Shown here in pieces: positions 27,537-38,700 of a stretch of 64,000 nt of DNA. The DNA lies in assembly GCF_039654945.1 (NCBI RefSeq), contig NW_027361825.1, positions 21,204,001-21,268,000 of the forward strand. Direction: 5' to 3'. The notes beneath the pieces are model-generated. The model searched no databases. It was not told the DNA's origin and saw only the letters and a list, made by a program, of their open reading frames with translations. The stretch is from Dendrobates tinctorius. Taxonomy: Eukaryota. The position numbers and the translations under genes are program-made. Numbering within the stretch: position 1 is the stretch's first letter; every line of letters starts with the position of its first letter.

Positions 27537-28968
27537 CAACCCGTGGCAAAAATTATGGAATCACCAGCCTTGGAGAATGTTCATTCAGTTGTTTAATTTT
27601 GTAGAAAAAAAAGCAGATCACAGACATGGCACAAAACTAAAGTCATTTCAAGTGGCAACTTTCTGGCTTTAAGAAACACTAAATCAAGAACAAAAAATGT
27701 GGTAGTAAGTGTTACTTTTTTAGACCACACAGAGGGGAAAAATTATGGAGTCACTCAATTCTGTGGGAAAAAATTATGGAATAATGAAAAACAAACAAAC
27801 ACCACTAGTATTTTGTTGCACCACCTCTGGCTTTTATAACAGCTTGCAGTCTCTGAGGCATGGACTTAATGAGTGTCAAACAGTAATCTTCATCAATCTG
27901 GCTCCAATGTTCTCAGATTGCTGTTGCCAGATCAGCTTTGCAGGTTGGAGCCTTGTCATGGACCATTTTCTTCAACTTCCACCAAAGATTTTCAATTGGA
28001 TTGAGATCCAGACTATTTGCAGGCCATGACATTGGCCTTGTGTCTTTTTTCAAAGAATGTTTGCACAGTTTTTGCTCTATGGCAGGGTGCATTATCATCT
28101 TGGAAAAAAGATTTCATCATCCCCAAACATCCTTTCAATTGATGGGATAAGTGTCCAAAATATCAACACAAACTTGTGCATTTAGTGAAGATGCAATGAC
28201 AGCCATCTCCACAGTGCCTTTACCTGACATGCAGACCCATATCATCAATGACTGTGGAAATTTGCATGTTCTCTTCAGGCAGTCATCTTTATAAATCTCA
28301 TTGGAACGGCACCAAACAAAAGTTCCAGCATCATCACCTTGCCCAAAGCAGATTTGCAATTCATCACTGAATATGGCTTTCATCCAGTCATCCACAGTCC
28401 ACGATTGCTTTTCCTTAGCCCATTGTTACCTTTTCTCTGTTTAGGTGTTAATGATGGCTTTTGTTTAGCTTTTCTATATGTAAATCCCATTTCCTTTAGG
28501 CGGTTTCTTTCAGTTCGGTCACAGACGTTGACTCCAGTTTCCTCCCATTCGTTCCTCAATTGTTTTGCTGTGCATTTCCTGTTTTGGAGACATATTGCTT
28601 TAAGTTTCCGGTTTTGACGCTTTGATGTCTTCCTTGGTCTACCAGTATGTTTGCCTTTAACAACCTTCCCATGTTTGTATTTGGTCTAGATTTTAGACAC
28701 AGCTGAATGTGAACAACCAACATCTTTTGCAACATTGCGTGATTTACCCTCTTTTAAGAGTTTGATAATCCTCTCCTTTGTTTCAACTGACATCTCTTGT
28801 GTTGGAGCCATGATTCATGTCAGTCCACTTGGTACAACAGCTCTCCAAGGTTTGATCACTCCTTTTTAGATGCAGATATAATTTGATGCAGGTGTTAGTT
28901 TTGGGAAAGAAAAGTTAGAGGGTGATTCCATAATTTTTTTTCCCCTCTGCTTGGTCTAAAAAAGTAAC
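27537..28968 (-). mobile_element. Second Tc1-family element inserted in the right TIR of the first; right end truncated
   Basis: Starts TA|CAACCCGTGGCAAAAATTATGGAATCACC. Transposase pieces WMKAIFSDE..., WPANSLDLNPIENLWWKLK. Confidence 0.88.
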
Positions 28969-29120
28969 TGAGCACAACTGTATGTACACTGTGACTGCAC
29001 TAGCAGAATAGTGAGTGCAGCTCTGGAATATAATACAGGATGTAACTCAGGATCAGTAATGTATGTATACTGTGACTCCACCAGCCAAATAGTAAGTGCA
29101 GCTCTGGAGTATATAATATA

Positions 29121-31387
29121 CAGTCATGTTAAAATCTACACAACTGTTAAAGTGCCAGGTTTGTCATGTTTAAAAAAAAAAAAAAAAAACCTTACCAAAC
29201 TGAATTTTGTTCAACTTTAATACCACCCATAATCTGTACATTATCATTGAAAAACAACTTGTTTTGATGGGAAAAATGTTATTGCATAAGTGTGAACACC
29301 CTCTTACAATTGGGGATGTAGTTGTGTTCTGAACTGGCTAATCACATTTACATGTTACATAGCAATCAGTACGCAGGTGCCATTATTCACAGTAATTCTG
29401 ATTAACTCCATATAAAGTTTTGTTGTTCTAGTTAAGATTTCCAGACATTTTCTTGGTTGCATTTTACAGTGACAGCCATCTATTTATATAATTGCCTTGT
29501 AATGTCTTCACATCCTGTTCTGTCCAGATGTCACCGTATCCCAGAATTCCAAGCGAAGGAAGTTTACCGACCGCCATATTGGGACACCCAAGTGATGGGT
29601 GTCTCAATATGGAAACTGCTGCTGGTACCAACCTATTGCGTGGTACCACCAGTGGGTTATGGTCACCCTCTTGCGCTGTACCACCAGCAGGAACACCATT
29701 GCCCTGCACAGGTGCAGTGAATTATTCGGCTGGTCCCGGCTGCAGATGCGCGATATGTCTGCAGGCAGAGGAAGCTGGTCACAGTAAAAGGGTTTTCATA
29801 CGAAGGAAAGTTCATTTTAAAAACTGTCTGTGTCTGACCATGTACGGAGCATACCACATCTCCTGGGCAGGGGAGGAAGCAAAAGACAATACTGACATTA
29901 CAGCAGGGGATCACAGAGGATTCATTTTGTGAGGTAAAATATTTCACTGACTGTTTTTAAACAATATTTTACCTCACAAAATGTATCCTCTGATCTCCTA
30001 CTGTAATGTCAGTATTGTGTTTTGCTTCCTCCCCTGCTCAGGAGCTGTGGTATGTTCTGTATATGGTCAGACACAGGGGTGAGACAGCAGACAAGGGAGA
30101 TAGCACATGGGGTAGACAGGTCAAAGAAGAGAGCACAGATGGGAGAAGTCAGCACATGGAGAGAGTGGATAGGTGGGTGAGCATATGGCAGGGGGAGATT
30201 CTCAACGCTGCAAAGCCTGTCCCCATCATGACATTACTGCCCTCCTGATGCGATAGCACTGGGCCTCCATCTCATAGTCCATAAACAGCTAACACAGCAA
30301 AGGGATCGCATTGCTGAAAGCTGTCAGAAGGGTACAAGACCATTTCCGAGACAGTCAATCTACCATAGACACTGAAGGCGTCATCAAAAAGTGGCTAAAA
30401 TTTGGCAAAACTGACATTACCTAGAACTGGATGTCCCTCAAATATTGGTGAAGAAAAAAAAAAAATTGGTTAAGGAAGCTGCCAAGAGGCCGACAGCAAC
30501 ATTAATGGGGCTGCAGGAATTTCTGGCGAGTGTTAGTTGTGTCATGTATGTGACAATCTCCTGAATTCTTTTTGTCCTGTGGGGTGGCAAAACAAAAGCC
30601 TTTTATTACAAAGAAAAATTTCTTAACCAGCTATGTTTTGCTGAAACGTTCCTCAAATCTGCCAAAAGCCTGTGGGAAAATGTGTTATGTCTGATGAAAG
30701 CAAGGGTGCACATTTTGGCCATAATTCCAAAAAGGTACAAAGTCAACACTACGGAACACCAAAATAAAACCATAACCACAGTGAAGAATGGTGGAGGAAG
30801 GGTTAAGCTTTGGGGCTGTTCTTTTGTAGCTTTAGTTAAGGTGAAGGGGATAGTTCAAAATATCAGTCAATCTTGCAACAAAACCTTCAGGCCTACGCTA
30901 AAAAGCTGAAGACGAACCTTTCAGCACGCCTGCGACCTCCAAAAAAAAAAAAAAAAAACAACAAATGGCTTAAACAGAAGATGTAAGGTTTGGAATGTCC
31001 CAAACTTGAATCCAATTTATGGATGACCTGAAGAGGGCAATGTACACAGGAGATGCCAGCACAATATGAGACAGAGGTGGAGCTATTGCACAGAAGAATG
31101 GGCAAAGATTGACAATTCTAGATGTGCCGTGCTGATAAAATTCTGAATGCTGTTGTACTTCCACAAAGTATTAAACTAAGGGGTATGCAGATTTAGGCAA
31201 CCACATTATTTTAGTCCTTTTTATTTTTTTTCCTTCCAAAAAGTTTTGCTTGTTTCTCAATGAATTTGCACTGAATATGGGGGACCTTAAAGGTGGGAAG
31301 TGTTCTAACATGATTGTTCTTGGTAGAATTGTTTTACATTACAAAAACCTGGCATTTTTTAGGGGGGTGTAGACTTTCTATCCACTG
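29121..31387 (+). mobile_element. Old degenerate Tc1-family element containing a palindromic MITE (~29828-30076)
   Basis: TA|CAGTCATGTTAAAATCTACAC...GTGTAGACTTTCTATCCACTG|TA; remnant peptide TVKNGGGRVKLWGC. Confidence 0.8.
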
Positions 31388-31803
31388 TAAGTACATGGGC
31401 ACGTCACCAGCAGAACAGTGAGCGCAGCTCTGGCGTGTAAAATGAGATGCTCAAATTTCTTGACAGAGCGTCATTTTACTTGGTGCACAGCACCAAATCC
31501 ACTGCATGGGGATAAATGTGAATCCACAGGCAGGAGACCCCATGCAGTCACCACTAGGAGGTGCTCCCTGCAGGCATTATACATATAGGATGATACATTT
31601 TGGTTTCCCATATACAAAATTTATTTTACATGCTGAATCAGACACAAATATAAATCAGGTACTTTCCTCAAACCCCTCAAGTCTTGCATTCCCCTTCAAG
31701 ATAGACCAGTAACGCTTGCCTCGTGTGGCTATGACCAGCCCCCAGTGTACAGTTTGCTGATCAGGACGCAAAGGAGCCATGATAATATCAGTGGCAGCCA
31801 CCA

Positions 31804-32698
31804 TTACTTCTTCACATGAGCACAGTCATATTTTCCTCTAACTATTTTCAACTTGACCCCCGGGAGATCCTGTGTGCGGCCGCCCTCCACTAGGACGATG
31901 TTATGTTCCTGCAGATTATGTCCCTCTCCTGGTATAAAGCATATCACCTCCTTGCCGTTGCTGAGCCGAACGCGGGCGCACTTGCGGTTGGCAGAGTTGG
32001 GTTTTTTAGGTTTGCGGATCATAGTCTTCAAAACAACGCCCTTAAGCTGCGGATTTCCACCCAAAGGACCCAGTTTGGGAGGAGGTTTCTTGGGCCGGCC
32101 GGCTCTGTGCATCTGATTCAAAGTGGCCATGCTACGGGAGTCCACCAAAGAAGGGACGGCGGTACGGAAAAGTGAAGAACCTGAATTTAAAAAAAAAAAA
32201 AAAACAACACACAGGAGATTCACTTAGACTACAATTCACCCACTGTGGCCAGGATCTGCTACCAGTGACTGATCGGCAGAGGTCTGACTGATCTGTCCAC
32301 CCGATTCCTACATCTGTAGACTCTGCTTGGCTTTCTGAAGGCAGTCAAGTCTTTTGACTGGAGTTATACTGCCGCTCAAGAAGAGAAGCAAGCTACTGCC
32401 TCCTCACTGATAACCTCTTTGGAATACACTTCCCGACATCCTGTTGTTTTATCTGATCCCTGTCAATTACACTGTATGGTGCACTGGACAGAAAGGACAA
32501 GTGACAGAATCTAGTGCCGATACCTGGAGTTCCTATGGGCGACAGAGAAATCTGTCAATATGGCCGACAAGAAGCTGATAGTTTTGGCTATTTACTTTCT
32601 AGGACAGAACCTAAACTGAGCAAGACCAGGCACGGAAAAATCAACCTACCCCATCTCCAAGGTAAGGAGACGAGGCTCCGAATTCCTGCAAGAGACAT
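31804..32698 (-). CDS. MRPS12: Mitochondrial small ribosomal subunit protein uS12m, 141 aa
   Basis: Coding exons 32698-32650 ([17 protein letters not shown], donor GTAGGT) and 32180-31804 (SSLFRT...MATLNQMHR...[12 protein letters not shown]...[11 protein letters not shown]...KK*). Exon 2 begins at 32719. Probable non-coding exon 1 ends at 34649 (AAG|GTGAGT). AATAAA at 31625-31620. Confidence 0.97.
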
Positions 32699-33352
32699 GT
32701 TCGGTCAGAGAGACATCACCTGCAAAAGAGAAACTCAGTCAGTGCAAATAATCACACCACGTGAACAGGCGGACCACAGCACACTACAAAATCTGTAACA
32801 CCTCTACAATATAATAGTGGGATTATTCCTCCTGCACAGTGCCGCTGCCGGTACCAGAAGTGATGGCATCCTGTTCTGCAGCAGCCAGGTGACCGATCAT
32901 CATCTCCTGTCTCGGAGCCGTTCATTTCCCTTACCCTACTGACTGCTAAAGTAGTTATTGGACCACTACTAACAAAATGTTGAGCCTCTGTACTGCTGCT
33001 GTCCCCTGCTTCGTCTTCTAGCAGTTGGCCTCAGGTAACAGCTGCATCCAATCACTGGCCAGTGACTGGCTGCAGCAGTCACCCGATGCCCCCTGCTGGA
33101 AAGACAAGCCAGGAATCCAGCAGTTACACCAGCAAAAGTATGGAGGGATTCTGATTCTAATAGGTGATTTTTTTCCTTTCCTTAACATTGCCCTATGACA
33201 ATCATTCCGATGTCCCCAAGATCAAGGGGGCCAATGGTAGCTGTGAATCTGCTGAAGACCCTCTTTACTGCCATTTTGGTACTCCTGTGACTGGGCTTCA
33301 TAGTAGATTAGTCATTTTTCCAATATACAGAATTATATACATTCATCAACAA

Positions 33353-33648
33353 TGAAATTGCAACACCAAGAAGGAAGAAAAGTAATAGAATTACAGAAGT
33401 CACAGGATGGAGACTCGTTACTGATCTGCAATTGGTGAAAAAATCCGACGACCATTAATAACTTCAGTGATCGCAGCCGAGGCTGTAAGTGCCGGGATTT
33501 CTGCACGTGGCCTCATACTCCATAGTGAATACAGCAGCAGGTTTTCAAAATGTTGTTTCCATTTTTTTCACCATTTGCAGATCAGTAACGTCTCCATCCT
33601 GCGATTTCCAGAATTCCATCACTTTTCCATCTCGGTGTTGCAATTTCA
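33353..33648. repeat. Inverted repeat (old MITE-like) in MRPS12 intron 1
   Basis: TGAAATTGCAACACC...ACTGATCTGCAATTGGTGAAAAAAT is mirrored by ATTTTTTTCACCATTTGCAGATCAGT...GGTGTTGCAATTTCA. Confidence 0.7.
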
Positions 33649-34699
33649 AAGTTGAAAAGTGTAGAAGAAACAAACGAGCGCAGGATCAAGTCCTCTAAGA
33701 AAACCACAAAATAAAAAGACATTTAAAAAAGACAAGTGAAAAAAGTCTGAAAAGTCCAATTTATCCAAATAAAAACATTTAAACAAAAAAAGCCCTAAAC
33801 TCTAGAATTGACGTTTCCAGTAGCTAAACTTCCCCCCCCAAAAAATGCAATAAAAAGTGATGAAAACATCACACATGTCCCAAAACAATGTCAATGTCAG
33901 ATCGATGTGCATAATACAGAAGGATGCAGAAAGGAAGGGTCTAGAATTACAGAAACACAACTTTTTTTTTTACTGTATTTTTTTAACTTTTTCACCTTCG
34001 TAAGTTTACTATTTTTAAACATATTTTTTTCCTAATTGTACTATTTCTATTTTTTACATTTTTTTCCCTAATTTTTAGCTGTTTTATTTTCTGTTGACTT
34101 TTCATACTTTTATCACAGTTTTATTTTTTTACAATTTCACTTTGCTGACACTTCTTTAATTTACAAACTTCAGTTTCCCATACAATGAACGCCATAAACC
34201 CCCATCACTGTGGCAGAGTTGGATTTTTCCCACATAAGTTGGTAAACTAATTGACATGGAAAAGACCCAAATCTCCATGATGTGGGGCTGAACGCCCCTC
34301 TCGTCAGTATGCCCCCCGCAACGTGTCAGAATGATGCTAATGCTAATGCTCTGTGTGACGTGCTGATTTCACTTTACTCCATTTCTCTCCCAGTTGTTCT
34401 ATTATTTGGCATAATTAATGAAAACTGCACCTCGTCCTGCACAGAAAGACCCACAACGGCTGAGGGGGAAAAAAAAGTTACAGCTCCTGGAAGGAGGGGA
34501 GGAAGAAAACAAACCACAAAATAAATGGTCTGGTCATGAAGGGGTTAATCAAAGTGACCGCGCCCAGTGTTTTTTTGCTTTGTGAGTGGGACTTTTGCTG
34601 TCTAGTAGAACCACAAGTCCCAGCACAACCTGCCTGGGCACCACTCACCTTGAGAACTCGACAGACTGCAGAGGCGGACACTACAGCAGCATGTGCAGT

Positions 34700-34967
34700 C
34701 ACTTCCGGGTCACACACTGAAGTGGAGATGCCACTGTAACCCCGCCCTAATGTCTGATTGGACAATCACAGTGCCAGATACGTTATCATTGGTTTATTCC
34801 AATAACCGGAGTTACTGATTGGTCATTTATTATGTCTACAGGAACCAAGTCCGTTTGATTCGTTCGTCTCTGGGAACTGAATCGCCTCCGGTCTCCTGAT
34901 TGGTCAGTGTCACTTCATACTACCTCCTGATTGGATGGCTCAATTTCCGACACACTGAAACATGGCG
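34700..34967. promoter_or_regulatory. MRPS12/SARS2 bidirectional promoter with CCAAT (NF-Y) array
   Basis: ATTGG/CCAAT at 34757, 34788, 34799, 34818, 34899 and 34930; ETS/GABP ACTTCCGG at 34701; GC box at 34740; YY1-like AAACATGGCG over the SARS2 ATG. Confidence 0.88.
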
Positions 34968-35677
34968 ACCCGCATGCTGCTCAGGTTATGTGTCCGTTCT
35001 ATATGCCGGGGACTTTCAGGGGTGCGGGCTCTGAGCACCGGAGAGTCGGTACCTCCCAGCCGGCTGTACGACTATGTGCGGGAAGGTTACTGCAGCCGCC
35101 CTCAGCTGGATATGGACGCCCTGAGCCGGGACATAGATGCTGCGGAGCGTGAACTGTCGGAGAGGAGACCGGGGAGACCCCCGGAGGGGGAACTGCGGGC
35201 GCTGGTGAGAGAACTGCCTGACCCGGACACCAGAGGGCGCTCAGCTCTGCTATTGGTGGAAAATGTCACTGTAGTACCGCAATGTGACCAGGAGGGGCCG
35301 CTGTTGTTTATGTAGTTAACCCCTTCCTGCCGGGACAATTCTTTTTTCTTGTCTTTTATTCTTAGGCTACTTTCACACCAGGGCTGTGGAGTCGGTAAGC
35401 CAAACCTGCGACTCTGACTCCTCAATTTCCCTTCCACCGACTCCGACATACTGCATACTGCTTATATTTAAGTGAAAAATTTATTGTAGTACAATGTGGA
35501 CACCAGACATTTAATCATTTTTATGATACAATAATCAAGATATTTAGATAGAACATAATATATATTTATTGGAATACAACTTTAGAACACAAAAAACTGT
35601 AATAAATTGTAAATATGTAATACACTATGTAATATCAATTACATATATATATAGTGTGTATATATATATATTGTGTA

Positions 35678-35711
<34 letters not shown>

Positions 35712-38700
35712 ACACTATGTAATAAACTATGTAAGTGGCAAAAAACAGTTTTCAACAAAAGCATAAATAACTAACATTTGTGCAGTCTATGAATTTGTTC
35801 TAAGAAATAGAATTGCCTCCATCAGATCTTCCTTAATAGATGGCCTCAAATCTGACCTAATAATTTTAAGGCTAGAGAACAACCTCTCTACACTAACTTG
35901 GGTTGGAGGAAAAGCTGTAACCACATGGGCAACATCTCTAACAATTTCCGGGTATAAAGGAATTGCCTCATGCACAGTCAGTTTTGATGAACGGTTGAAT
36001 TTTTCTTTTTCTTTGAGAGCAAGTGAAACATTTTGCTGAAATATGGTCAATCTGCTTGCTATAGGAGACGGAGTGAAATCTTTTTCCTTGCGGCAATGCT
36101 TTGCCTGCTCCATAACATCCAAATACTTGTCAAAGTCAAACTCCTCATCTGATGAGGATGAAGATATGGCAGCATTAGCACTGTCAGGACCCAAGTCCTC
36201 TTGCGCCTGGCAGTCCTCCTGTAGGCAACTCTTCCTAACTGCTACCGCAGTCAGAGCTTCTTTTCCTTTAGTAAGCTGTTGATCATCAAGCAGTATACGA
36301 TGACTTGGGTCCACATAAACAGCTGCCAGAAAAAATTTATTTTCCAATAGCTGTGTCTCTCTCCGTTTCATTGAAGCAGAAATGCCATTTGCGATTAAAC
36401 CGCAAAATAGCAAGCTCTTCCACTCCCTCATGAAAATGCCAGGAGTTAAATCCTCATTTTTTAGTCACGGTAAATGGGTGATTAAGCAACTCCTTCAATT
36501 CAGCCAACTGTGTCCATTGACCTTCATTTAGGGTTACCTGAGGGTTCGCCATATCTATAAGAAATGGTTTTAGCCAGGATCAAAACTCGGGGGGGGGGGG
36601 GCAGAACCTCATACTGTTCCGCAGAATCTCATACTGCACACCTCAGCTGCTGCAGAACCTTATACTGCACACCCCTACACTTGAAAATAAAGCCTGCACC
36701 TTTAGATGTGGTGAATGCAGTCTATTTATTCCAACTATCAATTGATGTTGATGTGTTACTGAAGACGAGCAATGCCTGTCCTGGGCGTCCTTTTGGACAG
36801 CTATGAGGTGTCCCTGACTGGTGCTAAAAAAAATAAGGTGTGTTAGTCTGTGTGCTACCCGGCTTTCATTCTTTTTGGTACAGATAAGATATGGATAGAC
36901 AGATATGGATAAGGCTGGTTTCACATTAGCGCTTTTTAAGCGAACGTACGGCCGGGGGTAGCTCCGCCCCCGAGCCGGCTCTCTGCCCGGCGTGCCCGCC
37001 CCTTGCTTGTAGCGCCGCCTCCTAGCGCACAGCGGCCCCTGCGATCGGCGCACCCTATCTTTAGCATAGGGTGCGCAGATCGTGCGCAGGCCGTGCGCTA
37101 GTTGCGCTTTGACCTGCGCTGCGCACTTTTGACGGTGCGCCGTGCGCGCCAAAATCAAACTTTTCGGATTTTGGCGCGCACGGCGCACCGTCAAAAGTGC
37201 GCAGCGCAGGTCAAAGCGCAACTAGCGCACGGCCTGCGCACGATCTGCGCACCCTATGCTAAAGATAGGGTGCGCCGATCGCAGGGGCCGCTGTGCGCTA
37301 GGAGGCGGCGCTACAAGCAAGGGGCGGGCACGCCGGGCAGAGAGCCGGCTCGGGGGCGGAGCTACCCCCGGCCGTGCGTGCGCTTAAAAAGCGCTAATGT
37401 GAAACCACCCTTAATGGATAGAGCAGATTTCTAATCTGCTTTTGCTATTGAAAACTATGAGCTCAAAAACCTTTCAGGTGATGCAATTTTTTAAAAAGCT
37501 GATCGGCTTTTGCAGCTGAAAAACGTATCCTCAAAAAACGCAGGAAAAACGCTGTGTGTGAATGTAGCCTTAGATCAGGAATAGAACAGGACATTTCATA
37601 ACTTTCCCAAATTCCTATGAAAAAATATTCAGCACATTCTGCATTGAACTACTGTACCCAATTTATTATATATTTTAGGAGTCGGACCATTTTATACCGA
37701 CTCCACCAAAATGAGCTCCGACTCCGAAGCCCTGTTTCACACACCAGTTTTTTGCCGTCAGGCAGGATCCAGCTATTTTAAGAAAAACCGGATCCGGCGA
37801 AATCAGGCCCCAGATCAGTTTTTCTCTCATTGAATTGTATTAGCGCCGGATTACGCCGCATGGCCTTCCGTTTCTTCCTGTTTTTGCCAGATCCAGCAAA
37901 AATTTTGATTCCGGCATCTGGAAAAAACGTCTCTAGTAACGTTTTTTGTCTGCGGTGTAAAACCGGACAGCGCCGGATCCGACGCTTCCGGCTTTTTGCC
38001 ACAATGAAAGTCTATGGGCGCCGGATCTGGAAAAAGACGGATCTGGCCACCGGATACGTTATTTAAGTCTGCGCATGCTCAGATCCAATTGGCCAGCCCC
38101 CAGGAAACAGATATAACCTGCTAGATGGATCCGGCAGAAAAATGGATCCGTTTCTTCAGTTCTCCAAAATTTACACCGGATCCGGTTTTTCTAAAAAATA
38201 GCCGGATCCTGCCTGACGGCAAAAACCTGATGTGTGAAGGTAGCCTAAGGGTCAAAACTTTTTTTTTTTGTAGTTTTGAATGACGTCATTTAGTTTACTG
38301 TTTAGTATAAGAAAATACAATTGCGGCAAATTGGTGGAAAAAAAATAATTTGCAATTCCACCAATGTGTTTTTTATTTTTTTTATTTGATTAAAAGACTA
38401 ATTTCTGGGCCATTTTTTTTATATATAATTTTTTTTCTGCGCAGAGGGTTCGTTGTTTGCGTGGCGAGCCGACATTTCTATCGGTGCCCTTTTGATCGCT
38501 TTATTATGGAGAGCCGCTGCGATTCTTCGGTTTTGATTTCCCTTTCGGGTTATATACTTTTCTATTGGGACGGATCGGCCTTTCCCGGACACACCGATTC
38601 CTGATACCAACTCTCCGATTTTGCATTTTTATTTTTTAAAAAATCAAAGCTTTGATTTTGAAATGGTGACAATAAGGAAACAAAGGGAGGCGGAAGTCCT

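Larger units (their letters stand above)
24697..28980 (-). mobile_element. Tc1-family transposon (defective) carrying nested insertions
   Basis: Left TIR CAGTTGTGCTCAAAAGTTTACATACCCCGGCAG. Right TIR is split at 27536 and finishes TGAGCACAACTG|TA at 28980. Transposase fragments at 24826-25906 (MGKAKELS..., WPSQFPDLNIIEPLW). Confidence 0.9.
35365..38245. mobile_element. Harbinger-type MITE split by a hAT insertion (SARS2 intron 1)
   Basis: TTA|GGCTACTTTCACAC ... TGTGTGAAGGTAGCC|TAA; the body resumes at 37735. Confidence 0.82.

Noticed and set aside
35787-36431. 214-aa ORF as a domesticated ZBED-like gene
   Set aside because: Only a C-terminal transposase fragment, inside intact TIRs and a TSD.
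36643-37434. Identical-looking 110/192-aa ORFs on opposite strands
   Set aside because: Consequence of the palindromic MITE.
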